Origin: Octopus vulgaris
Lineage: Eukaryota
NCBI GenBank assembly: GCA_951406725.2
Contig: OX597820.1
Span: forward strand, 34,410,001-34,474,000
Length of the DNA stretch: 64,000 nucleotides
Direction of reading: 5' to 3'
Shown here: positions 53,228 through 63,749 of the stretch, one piece after another
How positions within the stretch are numbered: position 1 is the first letter of the stretch
How the letters are laid out: each line of letters opens with the position of its first letter
Translations under genes and position numbers: made by a program
Notes under the pieces: generated by a model
Seen by the model: the letters and a program-made list of their open reading frames with translations, nothing else
Database searches by the model: none
Told to the model about the DNA's origin: nothing

Positions 53228-54757
53228 TTAGATGAGGAGGGGGGGAGAGTTGAGACCAAATGGCGTATAAGAGCGAAGAGAGAAGATTAATTCCTGTTCA
53301 CGGCGCAAACGGGAATCCGGATGGCCTCTGTGTAAGGACAAACCGAACACAGATAGGTGTTGCAAGGAGTGACCGGTGGAGCGGAAATGGCGTGAGACCG
53401 GTGTGTCGTTCGCAAGGTGGATGTCACGAAGGTGTTCCGCGAACCGGTCAGCCAAGCGGCGTCCCGTTTGTCCGATGTACAAGGAATGGCAGAGAGAGCA
53501 AGAGACGCAATAGATAATATTGCTGGAGGTGCAGGTGAAGGAGTGGATGATGGGATAGGGTCGATGGTGAGTGCTAGTGAGGAGGGTGGTGTTGGAGAGG
53601 TAAGGGCAAGTGCGGCAACGTGGGCGGGAGCAGGGGAACGAGCCGGGTTGGGAGGTAGGGTCAGGGAAGGAGCTATGGACCAAAAGGTCTCGAAGGTTGT
53701 GGGCTCGTTTGAAAGAGGGGAGGGGTCGGTTAGGGAAGAGGTGTGAAGTGGACGGGTCGGACTGGAGATGACGGAAAGCTCGAAGAATGGTGCGTTGGAG
53801 AGGTAGGGTCGTGGGGTGGTAAGTGAGGGGAAAAGGGAGGCGGGAGACTACAGGGCGGGTTCGGGGAGAGAGAGCAGATACACGGTCCACGGACCGTGCT
53901 CTGGCAAGGGCGGTGTGGATAGTGGTGAGGGGGTATCCACGTAGGGTGAAGTGGTGAGCCATACGTTGAGACTGAGTCTCAAAGTCATGGTCGTCACTAC
54001 AGAGCCTACGTAGACGGAGGAATTGGGAATAGGGGATGGAAAGCTTGGTGTGTACTGGGTGGGAGGAAGAGAAGTTGAGGTATGAGTGTGAGTCTGTGTG
54101 TTTGTAGTGAATGGAGGTGGTAAGAGTGGAGTGAAGAATGCTAACCGAAATGTCGAGGAAGGAGACAGAGGTGTTGGAGATAGTGGAAGTGAAGTGGAGG
54201 GCTGGATGGAAAGATTGGACGAAAGAGAGGAAGGAATCTAGATGTTCACGGGAGAGTGAGGTGGCACCGATAATGTCGTCAATGTAACGACCATATAGTT
54301 CAGGAGTGGGACCAGTGAAATTAGAGAATATTTGGGCCTCAACATAGCCAACGAACAGGTTCGCATAGTTGGGACCCATTCGCGTTCCCATGGCCACTCC
54401 CGAGACCTGATGGTAGAACTCGCCCGCGAACGAGAAGCAGTTCAGAGTAAGGACAAGTTCGGCCAGACGAATGAGTGTGGAGGTGTCAGGTACAGGGTTG
54501 GAGCGGAGGTCAAGAAAGTGTCGAAGGGCCTGCAGTCCTTCGTGGTGAGGGATAACAGTATAGAGGCTTTGGATGTCCATAGTAAAAAGGATTTTGGAGG
54601 AGCCGGGAGGAAAGGAGAAAGAGTTGAAAAGCCGGAAAGCATGGTTGGTATCGTGGATGTGGGAGGGAAGAGATGCCACTAGAGGGGCAAGGACACGGTC
54701 GAGGTATTTAGAGATGAGCTCCGTGGGGCATGGACCATTTCTCTCTTTTGATTTCAT
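53228..54757 (-). CDS. Penelope-type reverse transcriptase + GIY-YIG endonuclease (N-terminally truncated, otherwise open)
   Basis: RT motifs LFTMDIQSLYT, QVSGVAMGTRMGPNYANLF and RYIDD; thumb YL.FSS.HP.HTK.SIPYSQFLRLRRLCS; linker CSRPRCRTC; endonuclease NIIY-C-CSLC-YIGQTGRRL.DRF.EH...E...GLN. Confidence 0.95.
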   Translation of the reverse strand: MKSKERNGPCPTELISKYLDRVLAPLVASLPSHIHDTNHAFRLFNSFSFPPGSSKILFTMDIQSLYTVIPHHEGLQALRHFLDLRSNPVPDTSTLIRLAELVLTLNCFSFAGEFYHQVSGVAMGTRMGPNYANLFVGYVEAQIFSNFTGPTPELYGRYIDDIIGATSLSREHLDSFLSFVQSFHPALHFTSTISNTSVSFLDISVSILHSTLTTSIHYKHTDSHSYLNFSSSHPVHTKLSIPYSQFLRLRRLCSDDHDFETQSQRMAHHFTLRGYPLTTIHTALARARSVDRVSALSPRTRPVVSRLPFPLTYHPTTLPLQRTILRAFRHLQSDPSTSHLFPNRPLPSFKRAHNLRDLLVHSSFPDPTSQPGSFPCSRPRCRTCPYLSNTTLLTSTHHRPYPIIHSFTCTSSNIIYCVSCSLCHSLYIGQTGRRLADRFAEHLRDIHLANDTPVSRHFRSTGHSLQHLSVFGLSLHRGHPDSRLRREQELIFSLRSYTPFGLNSPPLLI

Positions 54758-54833
54758 TGGTGCTTGTAGGTTTTGGGCTTGGAGGGCCTTGAGAAAGACT
54801 TGTTCTGTTGTGGGAGACCTCCAGACTCATATA

Positions 54834-54898
<65 letters not shown>

Positions 54899-55194
54899 AA
54901 CAAACATGATTTTTATTGAACTGCTAATACTTTTTGTTGAATACTTTCTTAAATACTTTCTTGTAAACTGTTTTAAACATTTTTTTATTATCAAAGAATG
55001 TATATATGTATTTTAATACTTTCGTGACAACCAAAAGTTTTACATTTTACTTTTGAAATCTTTTTCTAAAAAAGTGAAACCGGTCAAGTGAATAAAATCT
55101 TTAAAATTGCATTTTCAAACCTTCTTTCATGTATATTTCCACTCGTGCGGTATCTTAAACTTTAATTTGTTATATATATATATATATATATATA

Positions 55195-55325
55195 TAGGGT
55201 GTCCCAAAAAAATGTATACACACCTTAAATAATTGTCAATTTGTTATTCTTTGTAAGCCTAGTACTTATTCTATCGTTCTGTTTTGCCGAACCACTATGT
55301 GTATACATTTTTTTGGGACACCCTG
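55195..55325. mobile_element. Tc1/mariner-type MITE in (TA)n with a SINE A fragment inside
   Basis: TIRs (C/T)AGGGTGTCCCAAAAAAATGTATACACA of about 28 bp, with TA repeats on both sides. Confidence 0.8.
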
Positions 55326-55356
<31 letters not shown>

Positions 55357-55671
55357 GCGCATGGCTTACTGGTTACAGCGTCGTGTTCACAATTATGAGG
55401 TAGTGAGTCCGATTCCCAGAACATGCTGTGTGTTGTGTTCTTGAGCAAGGCACTTCATTTCACGTTGTACTCAGCTGTAGAAATGAGCTGCAACGTCACT
55501 GGTGCCAAGCTATATCGGCCTTTGCTTTTCTCTTGGATGACATCAGTGACGTGGAGAGGGGAGGCTGCTATGCATGGGCAACTGCTGGTCTTCCATAAAC
55601 AACCTTGCCCAGACTTGTGCCTCGGAGGGGGACTCTCTAGGTGCTATCCCATGGTCATTCACACACACACA

Positions 55672-55705
<34 letters not shown>

Positions 55706-56025
55706 ACGAGTTGATCGTTTGTGCAACCATTGTAACCAAGATGTTCTAGTGAACTCATTAGCTGGTTTTCTTTATTTCCATTAATTTGTGAATACAAAAT
55801 TGTATTGTATAAGGCGGAGAATACAGACTAATACAAACATGTGAGCATAATTTCTTCCACAATGAAATAAATACTACATGAGAATGCTGGGAGTCTATTA
55901 TAACCCTAAGGATGCCACATGGTTAGATACATGTATATATACTCACCTCTTATACCCTCCTGACTTTTATGGTTTATATATACACATGTATGTGTGTATA
56001 TATGTGAGTATGTATACATACATAC

Positions 56026-56078
<53 letters not shown>

Positions 56079-56271
56079 TTTACCTACTTATCTACCTTCA
56101 TACATACATAGATACATGCATACACTCACAAGGCATTATGAGTGTATGCTTGTGTGTGTGTGTGTGTGTGTGTGTGCATTTTCTTCAAATGCAATGGCCA
56201 AAGATTAACATCACACTTGAAACTCAGAGTACTAAGGAGTTTGAATCAAATTGTTTTGATCCATGTATATA

Positions 56272-56767
56272 CAGGGTGGATACAAGCCAATTTTATTGAT
56301 ATCAATGTGTTCGTATTGAATTAGCATTTGTCAAAACCAAGTGTGGGAAACATCTATCATGTGGTGTCCGTTTTCATTGATGCATTTCTGAAAGCTTGTC
56401 TGGGACTTTCTACATTTTCCGGGGTCCGTACCGTTCGTGGCGGCCCCACCGGTTTCCTATTCATTAGTGTATCTCGTATACGAAGTGCATTCACCCAACG
56501 TAAGATTGTGTTATGGCCTGATTTCGGTGAATGTTGAAGTTGCGTTGAAACTGACGCTGAACTGCTGACAGACTCGTCATACTTCACGTAACTGTCGTAG
56601 GCAAACACGCGATGGTCTATCGTCCACAGCACCATAGCTTTACTTGAACAGAAAGAAAACAATTCTAAGACACCACGGACCAAATGGTACCTGTCGGACA
56701 TATGTTCCCACCTCCGGGGCTGAGCAATGGCCATTGCAAAAACGTCTGTCCTTTTTGCCCCACCCTA
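56272..56767 (-). mobile_element. Internally deleted Tc1/mariner-superfamily element retaining the N-terminal HTH (DUF4817-like) of its transposase
   Basis: Ends TA-CAGGGTGG...CCACCCT(A)-TA. Minus strand MVLWTIDHRVFAYDSYVK..ESV...NTILRWVNALR.R.TLMNRKPVGPPRTVRTPENVE. Confidence 0.75.
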
Positions 56768-56858
56768 TATATATATAAGAATACAAGTACAGTTTTAAAA
56801 TTCACAACAGCTGTTTCAGCAGCATTTTTTTTTTATTGATGACTACTTCGATTACTAC

Positions 56859-57467
56859 TGAAACGAGCTTAGTGATGTGTGAATATCCTCGTGCACTTTT
56901 GGGGTGCACAAAGCAATCACTCACTAGCCGTTACTTAATAATCCAGAATCTCTACTAGTCAGAAACAAACAGGACGCAGACGTAAAATATACATATAACT
57001 ACTTTATTCTCTTTCTTGGTAAACAATAACAATACGTGTGTTATCTGATGTCCTTGATTCTGGGCGCGCAAGGCTGAAAGTTAATAGATTGTAATATTTA
57101 CAATCTTCAGCCCAAAAACGGAAAGGGGTCAAGATGGCGTCGAACAATGGAGACGATGTTGGTCTGCAACAATTTGGTTAAAGCCCTTTTGGTAAGGACT
57201 GCTAGAAGCTAGTTCAGACGGAGAGAATATATGCGTGACTGTCGCCGTCAATCGCTGGGTCCCAAGTCACCGCTTGCTGGACGCTAGCGGTCAAACGTTC
57301 TACGACCCCCTTGCCTCGCTAACTGCTACGTAGGCAATAGGGTCGTGCTACCGGTGGTTCGCGCATGCGCGAGAGGGCCCTTCCTTTCTGTGCCTTGGTG
57401 AAGGCACTAACACGCGCGAAATACAAATGGTCGGTGCGCGAGCGCGCACCGTTATAATATCACTACA
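56859..57467 (-). repeat. 3' LTR
   Basis: Direct repeat of 59013-59620, preceded on the minus strand by the polypurine tract ggaggggagcc (57468-57478). Confidence 0.95.
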
Positions 57468-58992
57468 GGCTCCCCTCCAGTGCGTACGCACGAAAGGAAA
57501 CTTATTGTAGTGACTGCAAAACTCAAGGTGGACACCAGATAACCAAATAGCACACAATAATATAATGGCAAAATTTATAACATACACAAGAAATTTACTA
57601 AAGGAAAAAGAGAAAAAATACTCAATGAGCAAAAATCAAGAGTGCATGCATGAAAGTGTATACGTCACAAAGTATAGAGCCTTCCGCTGAAGGGAGCGAA
57701 AGAAAAGGCAGAACTCACTGTTAATGAACCTAAACGAAATTAAAATCCAACTTCTCTAAAGGTGGTTGATCCTGCAAAATAGCAGTTAAATCAATTGCTG
57801 CAGGAGAGGAAATGGAATTGGCAGAAGCTCGCTAGTAACACAAAAGGCAAAGGTGCAAACATGCTGGTGTGATGCGCGACACAGATAGTTTTCTGTTAAT
57901 TTACGTGACCAACAAGGGTCTAACAGGGAAAAATAATTACGCCTAAACATGGCGCAGCGCATATGAACATCCGACATGAGTCGGGAAAAGAAATCAAGCT
58001 AACGCAAAACGTGTTGCAAAAACAAGGCAAGTACACGTGCGAAGCAATAGGCGCATGAAATGCAACAGTGCTTGCCAGACCAAAAAAACAGCAAGAACAT
58101 GCCAGTGATTAAGCGATTATATGCTTCGTTCGTATAGGAACAAAAGTATGACATGCTGGCGCGTCATAATGGACAAACAACCCTCTCTATGTATACGTGA
58201 CCGCTAGGGTCTATAGAAATGAGGGGTGTCCACAAAAGGCAAATTTAGCATGGAACAAACAAGCGAGAAAAGCATGTGTGACGTATGTATGTGAGAGAGA
58301 GCATTTATGTGTGTGTACGTGTGTGCGACAGAAATACATACAAGGTGAATGCGAGCAAAATATAAAAAATACAGCGCATAGAAAAAAATGTCTCTCGGGC
58401 TATTCCAGACAAGAATTAATTTACCAGTCTGTAATAGCCTGATGTACAATAGCAGTTCGTTCTGTAACAGAAATGTTGAAATCACAAAATGCAGATGCCG
58501 GTTGAACACATATCGTGTAACGGTTGTGGCTTCGATGCTGTGACAGGATAACTGGAACAGAAGAAATCTCGTAGATATTGCTGGGCTGTGAATTCTTGGT
58601 GTGCTAACGCACAAACGGCAAGTGGTCCAAACTTCCACGAGTTGCTATGTACATCTTGGTGGAGGTCGACGGTGTTGAAAGGCGACGTTGGTGGTGGAAG
58701 GCGACTGTAGTGGACTTGGGACAACATCGTTCTTAGTGATGATGGCGACGAAGATAGCGACGACGTGAAGTAGACAGACGACGATGATGATGACGAAGGT
58801 GGAGAAAAGGCATCGATGATGTGATGGCGTTCGTCATCATGGCTGTAGAATAAGAAAGAGGCTCCTTCTACAACTTTGTGGTGGCCGGAAAACAAATCGT
58901 CGCAAGATGAATGCGTAGAGTTAAATCGTGTTCCGACCTCGCAGAAAAACTGGATTTTTTTTGTTGTTAAGTGATCTCTGGTTTTAGACCAG

Positions 58993-59011
58993 AATCACGT
59001 CGGGGTCACCA
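58993..59011 (-). promoter_or_regulatory. Primer-binding site complementary to the 3' end of tRNA-Trp
   Basis: Minus strand TGGTGACCCCGACGTGATT. The plus strand aatcacgtcggggtcacca equals the conserved metazoan tRNA-Trp(CCA) 3' end plus CCA. Confidence 0.9.
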
Positions 59012-59012
59012 G

Positions 59013-59620
59013 TGAAACGAACTTAGTGATGTGTGAATATCCTCGTGCACTTTTGGGGTGCACAAAGCAATCACTCACTAGCCGTTACTTAATAATCCAA
59101 ATCTCTACTAGTCAGAAACAAACAGGACGCAGACGTAAAATATACATATAACTACTTTATTCTCTTTCTTGGTAAACAATAACAATACGTGTGTTATCTG
59201 ATGTCCTTGATTCTGGGCGCGCAAGGCTGAAAGTTAATAGATTGTAATATTTACAATCTTCAGCCCAAAAACGGAAAGGGGTCAAGATGGCGTCGAACAA
59301 TGGAGACGATGTTGGTCTGCAACAATTTGGTTAAAGCCCTTTTGGTAAGGACTGCTAGAAGCTAGTTCAGACGGAGAGAATATATGCGTGACCGTCGCCG
59401 TCAATCGCTGGGTCCCAAGTCACCGCTTGCTGGACGCTAGCGGTCAAACGTTCTACGACCCCCTTGCCTCGCTAACTGCTACGTAGGCAATAGGGTCGTG
59501 CTACCGGTGGTTCGCGCATGCGCGAGAGGGCCCTTCCTTTCTGTGCCTTGGTGAAGGCACTAACACGCGCGAAATACAAATGGTCGGTGCGCGCTCGCGC
59601 ACCGTTATAATATCACTACA
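59013..59620 (-). repeat. 5' LTR
   Basis: Direct repeat of 56859-57467, followed on the minus strand by the PBS after 1 nt. Confidence 0.95.
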
Positions 59621-60272
59621 CTACCATTACATCATAAAAAAGACCCGCTCCAGTCAGGTCATTTTAAACATAGGTAGAAGAAAATTCAAAACGACTCGCT
59701 TTGCCAAGCATTATCAAAGTGAGTGAGTGCATTTGAAGAACCGTCAGCAATACGTTTAGGGCGGAGCTCAGAGACAATAAGAATTTCAGAGATTGCTAAC
59801 ATAGTTATGTATATAGTCAATGAGGACTAGAGAGGTAATAAAAGATGAGAAGACAGAGAAAGAAGCGGGATTATAGGAAGAGGGAGGAATTGTCCTTGCA
59901 AACTCAGCAAAGATAACCCTAAGTTCAGGCTGGCGTCAGAAGCCCTGCGATAATTCAAGTGCTTACCATAATTAAGCAGCCTTTTGCCCGTTTTTACATC
60001 CTGTGGTCAGGTTCCGCTGAGGTCGACTTTGCCTTTTATCTTTTCGGGGTCGATAAAATAAATACCAATTGAGCATTGGGTGGGGGTGGGGGTCTCTGTA
60101 ATTGGCTTATCCTTTGCCGCGCAATTGCTGGCCTGGAACCAAAATTTGAAACCATAATTAATTAATGCGTACCTTATCAAACACATCAATATACACTCAT
60201 GCAAGTTTAAACAATGTGTTATCTTATACGCTCTCACACACACACAAATATATACTACCAAAAGCCCCCCCC

Positions 60273-60326
<54 letters not shown>

Positions 60327-60384
60327 AATACTAAATCATTCTAATTTATGTATATATAATTTATATAATTATTTATGGATTCTA

Positions 60385-60426
<42 letters not shown>

Positions 60427-61006
60427 GCACATACACACACATGCTTGTATATATATATGCCTTTGTATACACATAGACAACGATACTTACATATAGACAC
60501 ATACATATATATACGCAGACACATACACTTATGCACATATACAGATACTTACATATATATACATGCATACATACATATGCATATAAATATGTTTATAAGC
60601 TCATATATATACATACATGCACACACGTAGATAAACAATTATGTGCATAAAAACTACCGCGCTTATATAAAGAGTTACTATTTATAATACGTCCGCGAAT
60701 CTACTTAAATATAAATATAATATAAATAGTAACTATATGTAAGTGCAGTAGTTTTTATGTAAACGTTGTTTATCTACGTTGTGTGTGTATGTATTTATAT
60801 GTGTGTGTGTATATATATATATATACATCCAAACAAAGACATATTGTTTGTGTGTGTGTGTGTGTGTATACATGCAAATAAAGACATTATTTGTGTGTTT
60901 GTATGTGTGAGTGTGTATACTTACATAGAAATACTGTCTTTGGACATACAGGTTTTTGTTGTGTATGTGTATAAATGAGGTTATTAGTTTGTATATGTGC
61001 ATGTGC

Positions 61007-61039
<33 letters not shown>

Positions 61040-61115
61040 TGTATGTATGTATGTATGTATGTATGTGTGTGTGTGTATGTATGTATGCATATGTGTCTGC
61101 GTGCGTGTGTGTTTG

Positions 61116-61168
<53 letters not shown>

Positions 61169-61542
61169 TTACATACGCACACGCACACACAGGTGGCTTA
61201 TAATACATTTTTGTTTGTTATCTCCCTTGCATTGGCCTTCGGCTTTTGCAAGAATTTACGTTCATTATAGATTAATTAATTCTTTAATTATTCCATAGTG
61301 TTCATGCTCATCCACATACATGCATGCATACATACATACCTACATACCTACCTACATACATACATGCATATATACATACACACATACATACCTACTTACC
61401 TACCTACCTACCTACCTACCTACCTACCTACCTACCTACCTACCTACGTACATACATACATACATACATACATACATACATACATACCTACCTACCTACC
61501 TACCTAACTAACTAATTAATTAATTAACTACCTACCTATTTA

Positions 61543-61586
<44 letters not shown>

Positions 61587-61663
61587 GTCTGTCTGTCTGC
61601 CTGTCTGCCTGCCTGTCTGTCTGTCTGTCTGTCCATCCGTCCGTCCGTCCGTCTGTCTGTTTG

Positions 61664-61740
<77 letters not shown>

Positions 61741-61760
61741 ATATCTATCTATCTATCTAT

Positions 61761-62804
61761 TGCTCTCAAGCAACTCTGCCGTCCCGGGTCGACCTTGAGT
61801 GACTTCAACACAACCAAAGCATTCTATAGGGGATTAGTGGAGGGGAGGTACGACGACGATCTCGGGGCAAACCTAGGCGTCGACGAGGAATACCTGACCC
61901 GCCTGTTTGAAACGACTTTCGGCCCGGGACCTATGGATAACTTCCAGAGATCCCTGGCCTGGCGGTGCTACCGAGAAGCGCTACCCGTTCGGGATAAGCT
62001 CTATAGGCATGGCTCGAGAAACACGGGGCCGACCTGCCCGAGATGCGGGCAGAGCGACGAAACCGCTATGCACGCAATCGTGCATTGTCCAGCAATTTCC
62101 GACTTGTGGACTTATGTCGAACGACTGCTGTCACGTCTGGGACGTGTCGGTTTATCAGCCGAGTCTATCGTTAATATCGTCACGCCTCCTTCCTTCAAAC
62201 GGGAAGGAAGAGCTATTTTTATCATACTTGTGGCTATGGCGAAAGAATATATCTGGTGGACGCGCCTGAAAGGATTAGAGACAAACACTTTCCTCTCTGG
62301 TCAATCTCTCATCAACTTCTTCAAGTATCACTTGAAGAGGAAAGTGAGAGTAGAGAGGCAAGTTTTGTCTAGTGAATGTTTTAAAAAAAGATGGGTGAAT
62401 GTAGCAAGGATGGCACGTATGAATGACGAAGCCATCTTGACTATGATTCTATGAACCGTAAAAATTAATACAGAGAGTTGCTTATTTGCAAAAAAAAGAA
62501 AAAAAGAAATATAACATGTGACTTCATTGACCGAGGTTACCGTGGTCTTTTCCGTAGGCTTTTCTTTCCACGGGTAAACCTCACCTGTCCTCCTCTTTAC
62601 ACTTCATATTGACATTTCTGTGATAACGATCCATATTGATCAATTCCCCCCCCCTTTTTTTTAAAACACCCCTTTTTTGTCCTCTTTCTTTCCTTTTACG
62701 ATCCCTTTTGATCGAAAACCACCACCAAACTTTTTTTTTTACCCCCAAAAGAAAAGCTCTACCTTGTAATTTGTTCTATCTGTGTGCAGCCTAATAAAGA
62801 AACA
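61761..62804 (+). mobile_element. 5'-truncated Tx1/L1-clade LINE embedded in (TATC)n
   Basis: ORF2 C-terminus, a pyrimidine-rich 3' UTR and AATAAA at 62793-62798. (TATC)n lies immediately upstream (61665-61760) and downstream (62805-62886). Confidence 0.85.
61762..62454 (+). CDS. LINE ORF2 C-terminal zinc-binding (zf-RVT) region, partial
   Basis: [14 protein letters not shown]...[19 protein letters not shown]...LW...AKEYIWWTR is the Tx1/L1-type CCHC domain. The frame is open back to the truncation point. Confidence 0.85.
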   Translation, partial: ALKQLCRPGSTLSDFNTTKAFYRGLVEGRYDDDLGANLGVDEEYLTRLFETTFGPGPMDNFQRSLAWRCYREALPVRDKLYRHGSRNTGPTCPRCGQSDETAMHAIVHCPAISDLWTYVERLLSRLGRVGLSAESIVNIVTPPSFKREGRAIFIILVAMAKEYIWWTRLKGLETNTFLSGQSLINFFKYHLKRKVRVERQVLSSECFKKRWVNVARMARMNDEAILTMIL

Positions 62805-62886
<82 letters not shown>

Positions 62887-63749
62887 GTTAGCTAGCTAGC
62901 TAGCTAGCTATAGCATGCGTTTGGTTGATGTTTGAGCATATGCATATTATAATTTATGGGGTTTTTCAGATTTCGAACGGAAAATTAGTCCATGAAGTTG
63001 AATGTTCAATTAAATATTTGTAAGTTTATAAACATGTATTTTTGTAAATCGTGTGATATCAAGAATGCGTTATGTATATGTTATACATGTCTGTGTAGTT
63101 AGGGATTTCAGCTTGAGTTTCTGGGGGCACAATGTTTGTAATTCATATTGTGCAAGAAACCGATATCCCAAAAATTACCAAGGGCACATAGTTGGCACGG
63201 TAGGTGAGGCGTCATGCTAGAAATTTCGAAGTTTAAAATGTTTCTTGCGCTTGCACGGTGATAAAATTTTTTCCCTAATATTCAAAATATTCATTTATGC
63301 TATTATGGTATTTAGTTTCCCTATGAGACAGAGGTCACATTTGCTGCCCCGTCCCTTATATTTGTTGGCCTGAGCGATGATGCTCCAATTTATATGGGAG
63401 TTGTCATCCACGTATTCTCTCTTTAAGGTTCCATATCATATTGGATAAAGATGTTGCGTATCTTCGGTTCTTGTCTCTAAAAGAAACCGGGTACTTTACT
63501 ACAGATAAATTAAATATCATTACATTGAACAGTAAGGAAGAAACTTTCTTCCCTTGCATGCCCGTTTTATTTATTTATTGGAAATCAATTTTAACAAGGC
63601 AGCACCAGCTATGAAACAGGTTTCAAGCAACCGCTTCGTATGTTGGGAGTAAAAGCAGAGAAGGATCATCGAATGAGAAATTGCTCTAAGACTAATAAAA
63701 CAATCAATGCAATATATGAAAGAATTAAAATCATTGTATTTTTACCTGG

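Larger units (their letters stand above)
52339..54830 (-). mobile_element. Penelope-like retroelement (Neptune-type linker), 5'-truncated, with about 0.9 kb of 3' region
   Basis: Contains the RT + GIY-YIG ORF. The 3' region has a polypurine/polypyrimidine tract, three copies of a unit of about 100 bp (52650-52980) and a hammerhead-like motif. Flanked by (TA)n and (TAC)n. Confidence 0.9.
56859..59620 (-). mobile_element. Non-autonomous LTR retrotransposon (probably Gypsy/Ty3-dependent), full length
   Basis: Two LTRs of about 609 bp with TG...CA ends, 4-bp TSD CTAC (56855-56858 and 59621-59624), tRNA-Trp PBS and a PPT. The 1.55-kb interior has no recognisable gag or pol. Confidence 0.93.

Noticed and set aside
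53260-54899. Plus-strand ORFs overlapping the Penelope ORF
   Set aside because: Antisense shadows of a C-rich coding strand, with no motifs.
58204-58895. 137-aa and 144-aa ORFs inside the LTR element as a possible gag
   Set aside because: No recognisable capsid or zinc-knuckle motif, non-ATG starts and low-complexity Ser runs. A highly diverged gag cannot be fully excluded without an HMM search.
58991-59011. tRNA-Trp gene
   Set aside because: Only the 3'-terminal 19-20 nt including CCA are present, next to an LTR. It is a primer-binding site.
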